Of a DNA stretch of 64,000 bases, positions 36,136 through 54,045 are shown piece by piece. The notes under the pieces are model-generated. The model was not told the DNA's origin. It worked only from the letters and a program-made list of their open reading frames with translations, and did not search any database. Origin of the DNA: the human T2T-CHM13v2.0 reference genome, Homo sapiens; NCBI RefSeq assembly GCF_009914755.1, contig NC_060938.1. One strand, written 5' to 3'. Made by a program: the position numbers and the translations under genes. The first letter of the stretch is position 1; each line of letters opens with the position of its first letter.

Positions 36136-36498
36136 TAGAGACAGAGTCTCATTATGTTGCCCAGGTTGGTCTTGAACTCCTGAGCTCAAGTGACCCTCTT
36201 GCCTCAGCCTCCCATGGTGCTGGGATTACAGGCATGAGCCACTGTGCCTGGCCCATGCATTTTTGACTTTAAGATTATTCAAAGACATCAATCTCACTTT
36301 TTCATTGATTTACCCAACATTTATTGAGGATCTACTAGATGTCAATTTCTCCTCCTCTAACCTACAAATATATGTCATAAAAATAAGCACTGAGTGGATA
36401 TGTATTAGATCTTTTTACAACTGATTGTATATTTTCTATCATTATTATTATTTTAATATATTTTATTTTTCTTTTAATTTAATTCTGTGAAAGTATAG

Positions 36499-36624
<126 letters not shown>

Positions 36625-37019
36625 TGACATGTGGTGATTTAAGTTTTTTAAAGGAGTTTTGTGTGTCTTACACTGCAGTAGGTTATACAAAACATAGGAA
36701 AACAAAGGAAATGGCTCCTGAGCTTCTAGTTTTGTTTTGTTAATTCGTTTGTTTTTCTGGGGACAGGGTCTCTGTTCCTCCAGGCTGAAGTGCAGTGAGC
36801 TCAAGTGATCCTCCCACCTCAGCCTCCACCTCCCAAGTAGGTGGACCACAGTCGTGTGCCACCACATCTAGCTGATTTTTAAATTATTTATAGAAATGAG
36901 GTCTTGCTATGTTGCTCAGGCTGGTTTCCAACTCTTGGGCTCAAGCAGTCCTCCTGCTTTGGCCTCCCAGATTGCTGGTATTACAGGCATGAGCCACTGT
37001 GCCTGTTTGTCATTTTACC

Positions 37020-38095
<1,076 letters not shown>

Positions 38096-38374
38096 CAAAT
38101 TTTAAATACCACAAAAATAAAAGTTTTTTTATTTTCTCCTCATTTTCATTTGGTAGGGACCTAATAGTTATCTGATTCAGCCACATATAAATCTGATTAT
38201 CAGGGTGAGTAGGTAAATGTTTTCAATAAGTTAATGGTAAAGAATTATTAAACAGTTTGCTAAATTCTAGCAATTGTCTTGAAATAAACATGGAAAAGCC
38301 TTAGGAAATTCTGGCCTCTTTTGTTTCCACATTGCAATCATGGGTTATTTCTTCCAAATGTATTTTTCTCATAG

Positions 38375-38484
38375 GAAGAGAAAACTGGCCAGAGGCCATC
38401 TGAAGCCAAAGAGATAAAACTTTATGCCCAGATTCCCCCTATAGAGAAGATGGATGCATCCTTGTCCATGCTTGCTAATTGCGA
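38375..38484 (+). CDS. DNAL1: DNAL1 exon 3 (110 nt, [36 protein letters not shown]+)
   Basis: tttttctcatag|GAA GAG AAA ... AAT TGC GA|gtaagt; phase 0-2. Confidence 0.97.
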
Positions 38485-38665
38485 GTAAGTTCTCTTTTCA
38501 TCCTTCCAGTATTGCTGTTAGGTTTCCCTTTCTTTTCTTAAACACACAAAGTAGGAAAATATGTTTGTTTTCTGTGGTCTTCATTTATTTTTTGTTTGCT
38601 TAGTGTAATTCTCTCTTTGGCAAGGTCAAACATGAAAAATGACTGGTTTATAGGATTATTAATAG

Positions 38666-38870
<205 letters not shown>

Positions 38871-39093
38871 TAGTAGAGATAGGGTTTCACCATGTTAGCC
38901 AGGATGATCTTGATCTCCTGACATTGTGATCCGCCCACCTCGGCCTCCCAAAGTGCTGAGATTACCAGCATGAGCCACCACGCCCAGCCAAACAGTACAA
39001 TATTTTTAGTACAGTTTTTATAATGAGTTTGAAAATATACATCTCCTAGTCTTTTGGGAGAAGCTAAATAACACAATAAACTATATATTTTTT

Positions 39094-39187
39094 AAATATG
39101 GAATGCGTCACGATTGTATGTCATCCTTGTGCAGGGGCCATGCTAATCTATCGTTCCAGTTTAGTACATGGCTGCTGAAGTGAGCAC
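39094..39187 (-). pseudogene. U6 snRNA retrocopy
   Basis: Reverse complement matches U6 (GTGCTC..CTTC..GCAGC.., TTAGCATGGCCCCTGC.CAAGGATGAC, TTCCATATTT). Short A tail and exact 13-bp TSD cacaataaactat (39072-39084 and 39188-39200). Confidence 0.93.
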
Positions 39188-39430
39188 CACAATAAACTAT
39201 GACATTTATGAAATCTACTACTTTCTCTTGTAAAATTATCCACAAAGTCAAAACTGTATTTTCTTACTACATGCCTAAGAGATACCCCTTAAAAAAAAAG
39301 TTTAAAATTATAAAAAACACATTATAAAACATCTGGAAAATATAAGCAGCACAAAGAAAAGGAATTAACATCAACCAAAATCACAGCACTGTGTGAGAAC
39401 CAGTGCTAGCATTTTTGTAGAGCCTTCTAA

Positions 39431-39866
<436 letters not shown>

Positions 39867-40523
39867 TGAGGCAATTATACCACGTTGCCTTGAAACCATG
39901 TTTTTAGGCTACAAGTGTGTCTCATCAGGGCTATAGTATACCATAGAATCACTGGGTTTTTTTCTGATTTCTTCACCCTGTGTTTGTCTAAGTGTGATCC
40001 CTTGATCATCTGCACTTTATGCAGGAGATCAGCCCCATCCCAAATTTATAGAAACAGAATATTTGCTGATGAAACCTAGGAATCTGCATTTACAGTAAGC
40101 AACTTGGGTAATTCTAGGACACATATTTGTGAACCCATGCATTAGACTAATATCCATCTGTGGGATCAAAGGGGAGAGCAAACATATTTAGCTTTTGTAC
40201 GCAGCTTGTTCTTTGTGATGAGAACACAGTGTGTCACATAAAAATCCACCACCACATGCTTTTTTGGCATCAGGCATGATTTCAAAGTGGTCACATATCT
40301 TTTTATCATAAAGCCATCTCAAAGGCAAACAAATTTGAGAAGGTTTTATACCTCATACTAAAGCACCTTGTATATCACCTCGAGTCAACCTGTTCATATT
40401 TTGCTGACAATTTATTTGTGCTAGCTGCCTTAACAAGAATTAAAGAATTATTTCCCAACCATATTCCTAGATTTAAAGGCAATCCATTATTCACTGGGAG
40501 TTCTCAGGAGTGGGGGATGACTA

Positions 40524-40732
<209 letters not shown>

Positions 40733-40971
40733 CTATGTATCATAGACATCTTCCCAAGTCGGTATCTGTAGCCCTATCTCCTTTGTTTTAGTGGCAGCTT
40801 AGTATTTCACTATCTGTTCCTAAGTTAACAGGTGTTTATAGATTTTTTCAATTTTTCTGCTATTCCAGTAATACATATAATCTAGTTCATATATCTTTTG
40901 GCATTTATATTAATATTTCAGTAGGATGTATTTCTAGAAGTGAAAAACTTGGTCAAGAAATGTATGCATTA

Positions 40972-41307
<336 letters not shown>

Positions 41308-41514
41308 TCAAGAAGATTTTTTCAAATTTTTAATGAGTGTTAAACTTAGGTAATCAGAGAAAAACAATGATTTCAAAATGAAGTAATAAATGCTATGATT
41401 GAGTGGGGAAAATATTACTTAAATATTATCTTTTATGGGCACTAGTGTTAAGGAATAATTTCTGATTTACCATTTACATTTTTCACATTAAATTTTTTCT
41501 TTGTTCTTTTAAAG

Positions 41515-41570
41515 GAAGCTTTCACTGTCTACAAACTGCATTGAAAAAATTGCCAACCTGAATGGCTTAA
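41515..41570 (+). CDS. DNAL1: DNAL1 exon 4 (56 nt, (E)KLSLSTNCIEKIANLNGL, first LRR)
   Basis: ttgttcttttaaag|G AAG CTT TCA ... GGC TTA A|gtaagt; phase 2-1; LxLxxNxI LRR pattern. Confidence 0.97.
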
Positions 41571-41973
41571 GTAAGTGATTCACAGTAACAGATGGTTCAT
41601 GGATTTCCTAGTTATTTTAATAAACATTCCGGAGACAATATGTAATTCCAGAAGCTGGCACCTGTTTTAGCCATACTTGTTGTCAGATAATAGAATACAT
41701 AAACTATGTCTTAAGTTTGATTATCCAAAGAAAAATAGAGATAGCATGAGCTCTGAACGTTTTAAAGACATTTAAAAGCTTTTATAGAGTTAGAATTGAG
41801 ATGTCTTAAATAGAATATCAGATTTTTAATTGTGTATTTCTTTGTTCAGATTTGTATTGTCTGTATTTCAAACTTGTTATATTTAAATTTTAATTCATCA
41901 TCCCTGTTTTTCCTGTGCTCCTTATCCTCGTTAATGACATTGCCTCCCTCCCAGTTGCCAAGGCCTCTGACTC

Positions 41974-42433
41974 TGTATTAGTTTCCTACGGCTGCTGTAA
42001 CTTGATGGCTTAAAATGATGGATATATATTCTCTTATGGTTCTGGAGACCAGAAGTCTGAAATCAGTTTCATCTGGTGAAAATCAAGCCATGCTCCCTCT
42101 GGAGGCTGGAGGAGAATCTTTTTCTAGCCTCTTCCAGCTTCTGGTGGCTGCTGCATTCCTTGGCTTGTGACTCATCACTCCAGTCTCTGCCAGTAGTCAC
42201 ACTGGCTTCTCCTTCTGTGTCAAATCTCTGTCTGCCTCCCTCTTATGAGGATACATGTGATTGCATTAGGGCACACCCTGATCTTGAGGATAATCTCCCT
42301 GTCTCTCAAGATCCTTAATCATATCTGCAAAGTACTTTTTTTTTTTTTTTTTTTGCCATATAAGGTAACGTTCACAGGTTCCAGGCATTAGAATGTAAGT
42401 ATCTTTGGGGGAGCCATTGTTTAGCCTACCACA
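41974..42433 (-). mobile_element. MLT1 (MaLR) solo LTR
   Basis: TGTATTAGTTTCCTACGGCTGCTGTAAC ... TTAGCCTACCACA, TSD gactc/gtctc. Confidence 0.75.
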
Positions 42434-42730
42434 GTCTCTCTTCAAGCCCTATATGCAAATTTATCACTAAATCCTGTTAACTCTACTCTTTGAAGGAGCT
42501 CTCAAATAAAGTGTTGCTTTTCCATTTCCAGGAGTTACAACTTTTTAGACCCTCATCATCTTCCCCTTAGGTCATGTTCTTCAAACATTTTGACCACTTT
42601 CCATTGTAAGAAATACATCTGAATGTATTATACATTCATATGAATATGCATATCAAATATATACGTACATATAAACTTGAATAAAGTTTGCAAGACAGTA
42701 TTTACCCTTATATAGCATAGGTCCCAGTAA

Positions 42731-42970
<240 letters not shown>

Positions 42971-43172
42971 TGATCCACCCACCTCAGCCTCCCAAAGTGC
43001 TGGGATTATAGGCGTGAGCCACCACGCCTGGCCAGTTCCAGTATGTATTTTTAAATTTTTATTTCTTTTTTTTTAAATGCTGATCACAACACACTAAATT
43101 GATTTCACAACCTATTAATTTAGGCTCATGACCCATAGTTTGAAAAACACTATCTTACAACTTTTGTGATAG

Positions 43173-43793
43173 TCAAACAGGTCAGGGTCACTGGTCTCAT
43201 TATCTAAGGTGTTATCCTAGTTCATTGCCTCATGACTGAGAAAGTTAAGGAATGTGGATGCAAAGGGTGAGGTTGCAGTGAAAGTTTAATGAGTGAAAAA
43301 AGAAAGCTCTCTGCAGTGGAAAGGGAACCCCAAGTGAGTTGCTGTTTTTACAGCTGAATTCAAAAACTTTTATAAGAAACTCCTCTCACCTCTGTAGCTG
43401 TTTGAGTAACTTCTCTTATTTGAAAAGCTGTCTGCACAACTCCCCCTTATCTATGTAGTTGTGGGTGTATCTCTAGGCAGGCATCAAAGCACTGCTTCTC
43501 TTCTTTGTATAATTGTGGGTTTGTTTTAGGTAAGTCCCTCTCCTCCCTGTACAGGTTCCCAGGGAGACTACTGTGTACATAACTGAAAAGGGGAAGAAAC
43601 TTTCCTGGGAGCCCACCAATTACACAAAGAAGAATCTGTGCTGGACCCTACATACTTATCTGTGCAGGTGCAGCCTGAGTTTTCCACAGACTGTTATATT
43701 TTTGCCTGTAGCTGTGATTTTTCAGGCAGGCTGCTTTTCCAAGGACCAGCCTTAACTGTTTACTTAACTGATTTCTCCTTTTCTTCTCCCTCA
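43173..43793 (-). mobile_element. ERV1-class solo LTR
   Basis: Reverse strand starts TGAGGGAGAAGAAAAGGAGAAATCAG; 4-bp TSD atag on both sides; subfamily not determined. Confidence 0.65.
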
Positions 43794-43970
43794 ATAGCCT
43801 CCTAATTGATCTCCTTTCCTCCTGTCTTTCTGCCCTTCAGGTGACCTTCATCACTGATAACAGAGTTTTCTTTCTAAAAATATCATTTGAATATCATTAT
43901 ATCAGAGACCTTTTAATGGTATCTCTTTGCCTAGTAAAGACCAAATGCCTTGATGTCGCATTAAAAGTCA

Positions 43971-44174
<204 letters not shown>

Positions 44175-44987
44175 TCACTTAAGCTTAGGAGTTCGAGACC
44201 AGCCTGGGCAACATAGCGAGACCCCCATCTCTACTAAAAATTTTAAAAATTATCTGGGCATGGTGGTGTTTGCCTGTAGTCCCAGCTACTTAGGAGGAGG
44301 ATTGCTTGAGCTCAGGAGAGTGAGTCTGCAGCAAGCTATGATGGTGCTACTGCACTCCAGCCTGTGCAACAGAGCAAGACCTTGTCTAAAAAAAAAAATA
44401 AAAAAAAATTACGAATGCCACGTGTGAATGTCACCCCCTCCTTGAAGACTTCCCTCATCTCCATCATCAAAATTAATTACTCCTTTGGAAATATTCATAA
44501 CAGTCTACTTGGATTATAATAATAATTACCTATCATATAATTATTGTGAAGATTGAGTTAGTATATATATAGAGTACTTAGAATTGTGCCTGGTGCATAT
44601 AAAATGCTCAATAAATATTAACCATTATTATAGTTACTTGGGAATATGTTCTGCTCTTTAGATAGTGAATTCCTTGAGGAAAAGCATCATCTTATTAATC
44701 TTTTAATCTTCTATTTCAGTACCCCCACCCCTCATACCTTACTCAAAGTTGGCATTCAGTACTTATACAGTGCTGGAAAGTTGGCCTTCGGTATTTACAT
44801 AGTGTTAACTAGTAGAGTTGTGTGTGAGATGCCTGTCTATTCTAATTTTTTGCTGACTCACTCAAACAATTTAAGCTATTACATTTTATTCTCTGCCTCA
44901 GTTTTTTTCTCTGTAATTGAAGTAACTTGCTTAATAACTTGCTCTGTAACTTGCTTAAATGTGACTAAGCAAGTTGATAACATATTA

Positions 44988-45335
<348 letters not shown>

Positions 45336-46994
45336 CTATGATAATAGTGAAAATGGATGACCTTCTATGTAGGGCTGGCAGTGGGTTTTAAATCACTTTC
45401 TAACTTGGGTCAGTTGGTAGAGACTCTCAGGAAAATTGTAATAATAAGAGTTCTAAAAACTTAGTGGAACGAATACCTTGATCAATTATTCATGTCTGCT
45501 GTAGACACAAAATCAGAGAGTATAGGTATTTGCTATATTTGGCTCATTTCATTTTAGTTCTGCTAGTTACAAATACAATTTATGTAGTCTGTGGCTAGCG
45601 AATACATTTTATCTGTGACTATGAAGCAAAAAGAAGCTAATTGATCCATATGAGGATTGAAGTTATGCTTTAGCTTGCCTCCTACCCATCTCCTTTCATG
45701 ACACTATAGTCTTACCTATTATGCCATCATAAGAAGATCTGAAATAAATAGGTATTCCTATTTAACAGGTGATTTATCAGGCAGAACAACCCTAATAGCA
45801 GTTTATATTTATTGTACCAGAATTGTGACTAGAAAATTGCTTGATATGACTATGTTCAAACCATGACTAAAAAGCTGTATAATATGAATAATAATCTTAA
45901 AGATTAGAAAATAAATTTTGTTGCCATTTATCTTTGGTGAAAAACTATACTTTACTCCTTCAGGTTACAGGTTACAAATAAGCATAAAACTTGAAAGCAC
46001 AGTTTTGATTTTCATCAGGATACTGTATGAAGAAAACAATAGTACTTTTCTTCTAGTGGTACCCTACTTATGCAGCACATAAAATATGGAAAATATATAT
46101 TATGTTATGTTAGAACACTTAATCTATTAACTTTGGATATCATAATTTATTTCCTTATACAGTAATAAATATGGTCTTTTTAGCCATTCGTTACCATTTT
46201 CATGTGCAGTTTTTCAAAAAGGGGTTAGAGATTATCTTAGAAAAAGTTGCATATATTTGTTATCTCCAATTGCTGAGGTCATTTCTCAGTCCTCATCTTA
46301 GTTGATGAATCAGCGTATTTTTTGATACGGATGATTTCTCTTCCCTCTTTAAAGCATTTTCAGTATTTGGCTTTAGGATACTGTCCCCCTTGATTTCCTC
46401 CTGTCTTTTTGGCCACTTTTTCCCAGTTTCACGTCCATAACCTTTAAATATTTCAAGTCCCCACGACTCAGTTCTTGTATCCCTTCTCTTTTTTTTTTTT
46501 CATTTACTCCCTAGATTATCTCATCTAGAGTCATGGCCTCACCATCAGTATGCTGATGGCTCCCACATTTAGATCTCTAGCCCAACTGTGTCCTCTGAAT
46601 TGCAGATTCATACATTCCATTGGGTGATATTTCCACGGGATATCTAACAGACATCTCATACTTCTTTTAAATTGATTTTTTCTTTTTTTTTTTTAATTTA
46701 ATTTTATGGCTGGGGACGGTGGCTCACACCTGTAATCCCAGCACTTTAGGATGCCCAGACAGGTGGATCACTTGAGGCTAGGACTTCAAGACCAGCCTAG
46801 CCAACATGGTGAAACCTCGTCTCTACTAAAAATACAAAAAAAATTAGCCAGGCATGGTGGCATGCGCCTATAATCCCAGCTACTTGGGAGGCTGAGGTGG
46901 GAGGATCTCTTGAATCAAAGTGCTGGGATTACAGGCATGAGCCACAGTGACTGGCCAACATCTCACACTTAACATGTCCAAAACTGAGTCTTGA

Positions 46995-47150
<156 letters not shown>

Positions 47151-48031
47151 TGAGTAGCTGGGACTACAGGTGTGCACCACAAGCCCAACTAATTTTTTTT
47201 TGGTATTTTTATAGAGTTGGGGTCTCCCCATGTTGCCCAGGCTGGTCTCGAATTGCTGGGCTCAAGCAATCTGCCTGCCTTGGCCTCCCAAAGTTCTGGG
47301 ATTATAGGCGTGAGTGAGCCACTGCTGAGCCATATTTATCTCAGATAGTGACAAGTCCATTTTTCCAGTTGTTCAGGCCAAACCTCTTGGCAATTTCTTG
47401 ACTCCTCTCTCTCACATCCTCTCTAAAGCCTATTATTTCCTCTAATTTCTTTCATATTATACGTATGGACTTACTTACAACCAAGAATATTTCTTCTAAT
47501 TTCATGTCCTATTACTCTTCCTTCATTCTCTCAGCTTATGCGGTCCTGCCTCAAAGCCTTTGTACTTGAAGTTCTCTTGCGTGTAAATGTTCTTCCTCCA
47601 GATATGTGCATGGTGAACTCCCTTACTAACTTCCTTTGGGTCTTTCCCTAACATCATCTCCTATCAAAAAATCAACTGTTCCCAACCTCCTGATATTTCA
47701 TTCCTTTTACCTGCTTATTTCTTTTCTCCTTCACATTTTTCACTATCTAATATACTTACTTATTTTGTTTATCTGCCAAATGTTAGCTCCTTGATAGCAG
47801 GAATTTTTGTCTGTATTATTTGCTGTAATATTGCAAGTGCTTATTGCTGTTCCTGGTGTATAGTAGATGGTCAGTAACTTATGTGTTGAGTGAATAAGTT
47901 ATCGAATAAGCGTTTAATTCTTCATGAAATAGAAAAAAGAAAATGGTGTTTTTTCATATCAAGAAGCTTTAAAGAATAATTATGTGATTTTCTTAAATAT
48001 TTAATTTTCATAAATTTATAGTTATATGGGA

Positions 48032-49364
<1,333 letters not shown>

Positions 49365-49759
49365 TGGGGTCTTGCTTCAACAGTTAAATCATTTTGTGTG
49401 AATTAGACCACTCTTAAAATACCTTGCTCTAAAAGCTCATTGTTTCTTGTAAGACAAATTAATTTATTAAATAAATTGAAGTTATATATGCCTGATTCTC
49501 ACACACACACATACACACACACACACACATTCACACACACATCTGTATTGTGTACTTACCATGGGTTACACATTTCACTGAATATTTTAGGTAATTATCT
49601 CATTTCATCCTTAAATTCCTATAAGATAGAAATTATATTTCCCCATTTTATATATGGGAAAATAGATTCAAAGAGGTTTGTTTGCTTCCCTAGAGAGTTG
49701 GGATTGAAACTCAGTTAATTGGATTTGAGTTCTTACCATTCAATTATGGATGTTATAGA

Positions 49760-49930
49760 ACAATGTCATCCAACAGAACTGTCAGCACTGTCCCAATACA
49801 GTTGCTACTAGCTACATATAGTTATTAAGCACTATGAAATGTGGCTAATGTGACTGAGAAACTGAATTTTAAATTGTAATTAATTTTAATTAAAGAGCCA
49901 CATGTGGCTAGTGACCACCATATTAGACAA
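49760..49930. mobile_element. MER3-like hAT MITE
   Basis: gctactagctacat..aatgtggctaatgtgactgagaaactgaatttt..agccacatgtggctagtg..tattagaca. Confidence 0.65.
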
Positions 49931-50210
49931 AGAAGTTATAGATGTTTAAGTTATGAAAATTAAATATAGTAATAAGCAAAAGTAATCACAGTAGTTTCTT
50001 GGAACAGAAATGAGGTTTCCTGGGTGTTTCAAAAAGAAATTTATTTTTAATTTGGAAAAATAATATATGCACCTGGTTTTATTCAAATGGTTCAAAAGAG
50101 GTTACAATGGGAAATGTCTACTTCTGTTAGTTCCTCCCCAAAGACAACCACGGTTTCTACTTTCTTTTTTCTCTTCCAGAAATAGCCTATAGATATACAA
50201 ATAGAAATAA

Positions 50211-50469
<259 letters not shown>

Positions 50470-51069
50470 TAGCCAGGATGGTCTCGATCTCCTGACCTCG
50501 TGATCCGCCCGCCTCAGCCTCCCAAAGTGCTGGGATTACAGGTGTGAGCCACCACGCCCGGCCAGGCATTTTATTTTTTAACCAAATCACAGTCTAATTA
50601 TTTAAAAACTTGAAAGAAAATGATTTTTTAAATACCAAATTTATTTTTTTTCACTTCTGATCCTTCATGGAGTGAGATGGACAATATATAAATATATGTT
50701 CTTATTTTCTAGTATGAGTTCTTGTAAGAGATTTGAAATATATATGCTCCCAAACTCAAAATATTCTCTACTGCTATTTTATCCTGTAATATTTTTATTA
50801 GCCAGCAATTTAAGACCATGTGTTCCAGATAGCTAACCATTTTTAAATTTAATATTGACATGTTATGAAATTATACCTGTACTGTTTACTTTAGATGATA
50901 GGTCAATGTTATTTCTACTTGATTACCCATTTTTGTTAACACAACCTTTCTTACTCATTGTATAAGGATATCTATTATATAAAACTTATTAAAGCTTTAT
51001 TATTCTAGATTTACAACAATTGTGTAATATGATTCTAGTAAACAAAAAAATGTTTTCTTTTCACTACAG

Positions 51070-51125
51070 AAAACTTGAGGATATTATCTTTAGGAAGAAA
51101 CAACATAAAGAACTTAAATGGACTG
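51070..51125 (+). CDS. DNAL1: DNAL1 exon 5 (56 nt, (K)NLRILSLGRNNIKNLNGL, second LRR)
   Basis: ttttctttcactacag|AA AAC TTG AGG ... GGA CTG|gtaggt; phase 1-0; overlaps ORF 51075..51278. Confidence 0.97.
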
Positions 51126-51945
51126 GTAGGTTGTTATTTATTATTATTTTATTTATTTAATTTGCACACATCTATGAATAATTTCTTGGATAAATTCCTT
51201 GAAATGGAATTACTAGGTCAAAAGGTATCAGTTTCTTTTAAGGCTTTTGTGACATATTCTCAAGTTACCCTTCAATAGGTTTGCAACAACCTGTACTCCC
51301 ACCAGTAACGTGTGAGGTTTCCCAATTTCCCATACCAGCCTTGGGCATTTAAAATTTTTTTGACATGTCTTATTTCTATATTTATTGGCCATTTGAATTT
51401 CCTTCCAAAGAATGTGAGATGGAACAATAACGTAAAACTAGGCAATTTCAGGAAAGATGAAGTGAATATTTCTTGTATCTGTTCCCGAAAAGACAATACT
51501 TTTTGATGTTTATTGTTAAATAATTCATAAACATACTGAAATTTTGTATGGCCCTGGCTGCTTTTCCCCTCCCAATAAATCTAGCTTGTGCTTCGTAAGA
51601 GGCAGTGGGGAGCTGAAATTGCAGTGGTTTCCAACAGTAACCTCCCAAGACAAAACAGGCTAACATGACCATCCTGCCCAGTACAGAAACAGTGGTAACC
51701 CTGAATAGGAGTCATGTTCAGAGGTGCAATTTTGGAATTATCTCAAATTTGTTAGCCAAACTCTGAATTATATTTCCACCTCTGTGATTCTATTTACCTG
51801 CATAAAGAGGTACTGATGAGTTTATAAAATGCTGGAAATTCTTAAGGGTCAGGCTGAGAGCAGTGGCTCACGCCTGTAATCCCAGCACTTTGGGAGGCCG
51901 AGGCAGGCAGATCACGAGGTCAGGAGATGGAGACCATCCTGGCTA

Positions 51946-52168
<223 letters not shown>

Positions 52169-52287
52169 TCAGATTCTGGGATTAAATAAAGGAAGTTTCC
52201 TAACCCAAAATAATAACCATCAGATGAATTATTTGTTTTCTAATTGGATATGGTGAGTAAAATTCTTAATGATCTGTAAAAATTTGA

Positions 52288-52488
<201 letters not shown>

Positions 52489-53838
52489 TAGTAGCCAGGA
52501 TGGTCTCGATCTCCTGACCTCATGATCCGCCTGCCTCGGCCTCCCAAAGTGCTGGGATTACAGGCGTGAGCCACCACACCTGGGCAAAATTTGATATTTG
52601 TGATGTTCTAAATAAATTGGTAAGTTTAAGGATATTTAGCCTTCTGTCCAGTTTCTGAGCCTTAGATGGAAAAATTTCAAATATAGAGACATTGTGCATA
52701 AAGCGTAAAATATTAAATTGTAATACAGAAATTCAGAATTATTATATTTCAGGCTAAATGTAACTTTGAGTTATCTATAAAGAAATAGTTTGCAGATAAA
52801 TGTACTCCAGAACTTTTAGTGTCAATATACTTGATGTTCCCCCAGGTATTTATAGAATCCCTTATAGAATCCCAAATTCTCAAGTATTACTATAGCATGT
52901 AATTTATTCCATAAAATGTAATAAATACCCAGAGACCACAAATAAATTATAAATATAGGATTAAAGGTATGTATTGTGTATTAAGATGCTATCTGGCTGA
53001 ACTATCACTTGTTTTAGATATCGTCACTTTTTATACACTCCTATCAATGATAGCCAATAGTTGTTTTTCTTTCCAGGGTGTAATGTGGGGTTTTGTCCAA
53101 AAGCTTTATTGCTTATTTGCAGAATAAAGAAAAACAAAGCTATGGCTGGGCACAGTGGTTCATGCCGGTAATCTGGCACTTAGAAGGCCAAGGTGGGAGG
53201 ATCCCTTGAGGCCAGGAGTTTACCTGGGCAACATAGCAAGACTTCGTCTCTACTGAAAATTTAAAAAGAAATTAGCCAGGCATGGTGGTACATGCCTATA
53301 GTCCCAGCTACTCGGGGAGGCTGAGGTGGAAGGATTGATTGCTTGAGCCTAGGAGTTTGAGTTTACAGTGAACTATGATTGTGCCATAGCAATGCAGTCT
53401 GGGTGACAGAGGGGAAAAAAAAAAAGGAAAGAAAAAGAAAGCTGCATTGGGATGCAGATACTGGGTTTCTAATATGTTCACATACTAGATGACTTATTCA
53501 TCTAGACACATCTGCCTCATAGCATGATTTAAATAGCTGTCTCAGTAAATTAAAAATGATTACTGTAATGTGTGAAACATGGAATGTTAAGTTGAAGGAA
53601 AGGGGTTGATTTATAACTATTCAGGAAAACTATTGAGGTACATTATAAACCCATTTGTATATATGATCTGGCCTTTGCCTTCCTTTCTGATCTCATTTCA
53701 TGTTTCTCTTCTCCTAGTTGATAATCTCTAGTGACTGGCCTTCTTTCTGTTCCTTGACCATGCACAATTCATTCCCACCTGAGAATCTTTATACTTGGCT
53801 GTTCCCTCTGTCTTAAAAACTCTATTGCCATGGATTTC

Positions 53839-54045
53839 CACAATGCGGACCCCTTCTTAACCCTCACACTTCAGCTCAGATGTCACCTCCTCAAAGGTGA
53901 CCCAATCACGATGTGGGCTCCTTCTTGATCTTTACACCTCAGCTCAGATGTTGCTTCCTCAAAGGTGACCCAATCACGATGTGGGCTCCTTCTTGATCTT
54001 TACACCTCAGCTCAGATGTTGCCTCCTCAAAGGTGACCCAATCAC
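53839..54045. repeat. Three tandem copies of a 68-bp unit within an L2-like relic
   Basis: cagctcagatg recurs at 53872, 53940 and 54008 (period 68). The later copies are nearly identical. Confidence 0.9.

Noticed and set aside
51599-51616. GAGGCAGTGGGG (EAVG), resembling the start of DNAL1 exon 6
   Set aside because: There is no in-register AG acceptor or polypyrimidine tract and the frame stops two codons later (AGC TGA). The true exon 6 (EAVGDTLEELW) is not in the window.
53839-54045. Regularly spaced repeats resembling a CRISPR array
   Set aside because: The whole 68-bp unit repeats with no unique spacers, and the context is eukaryotic.
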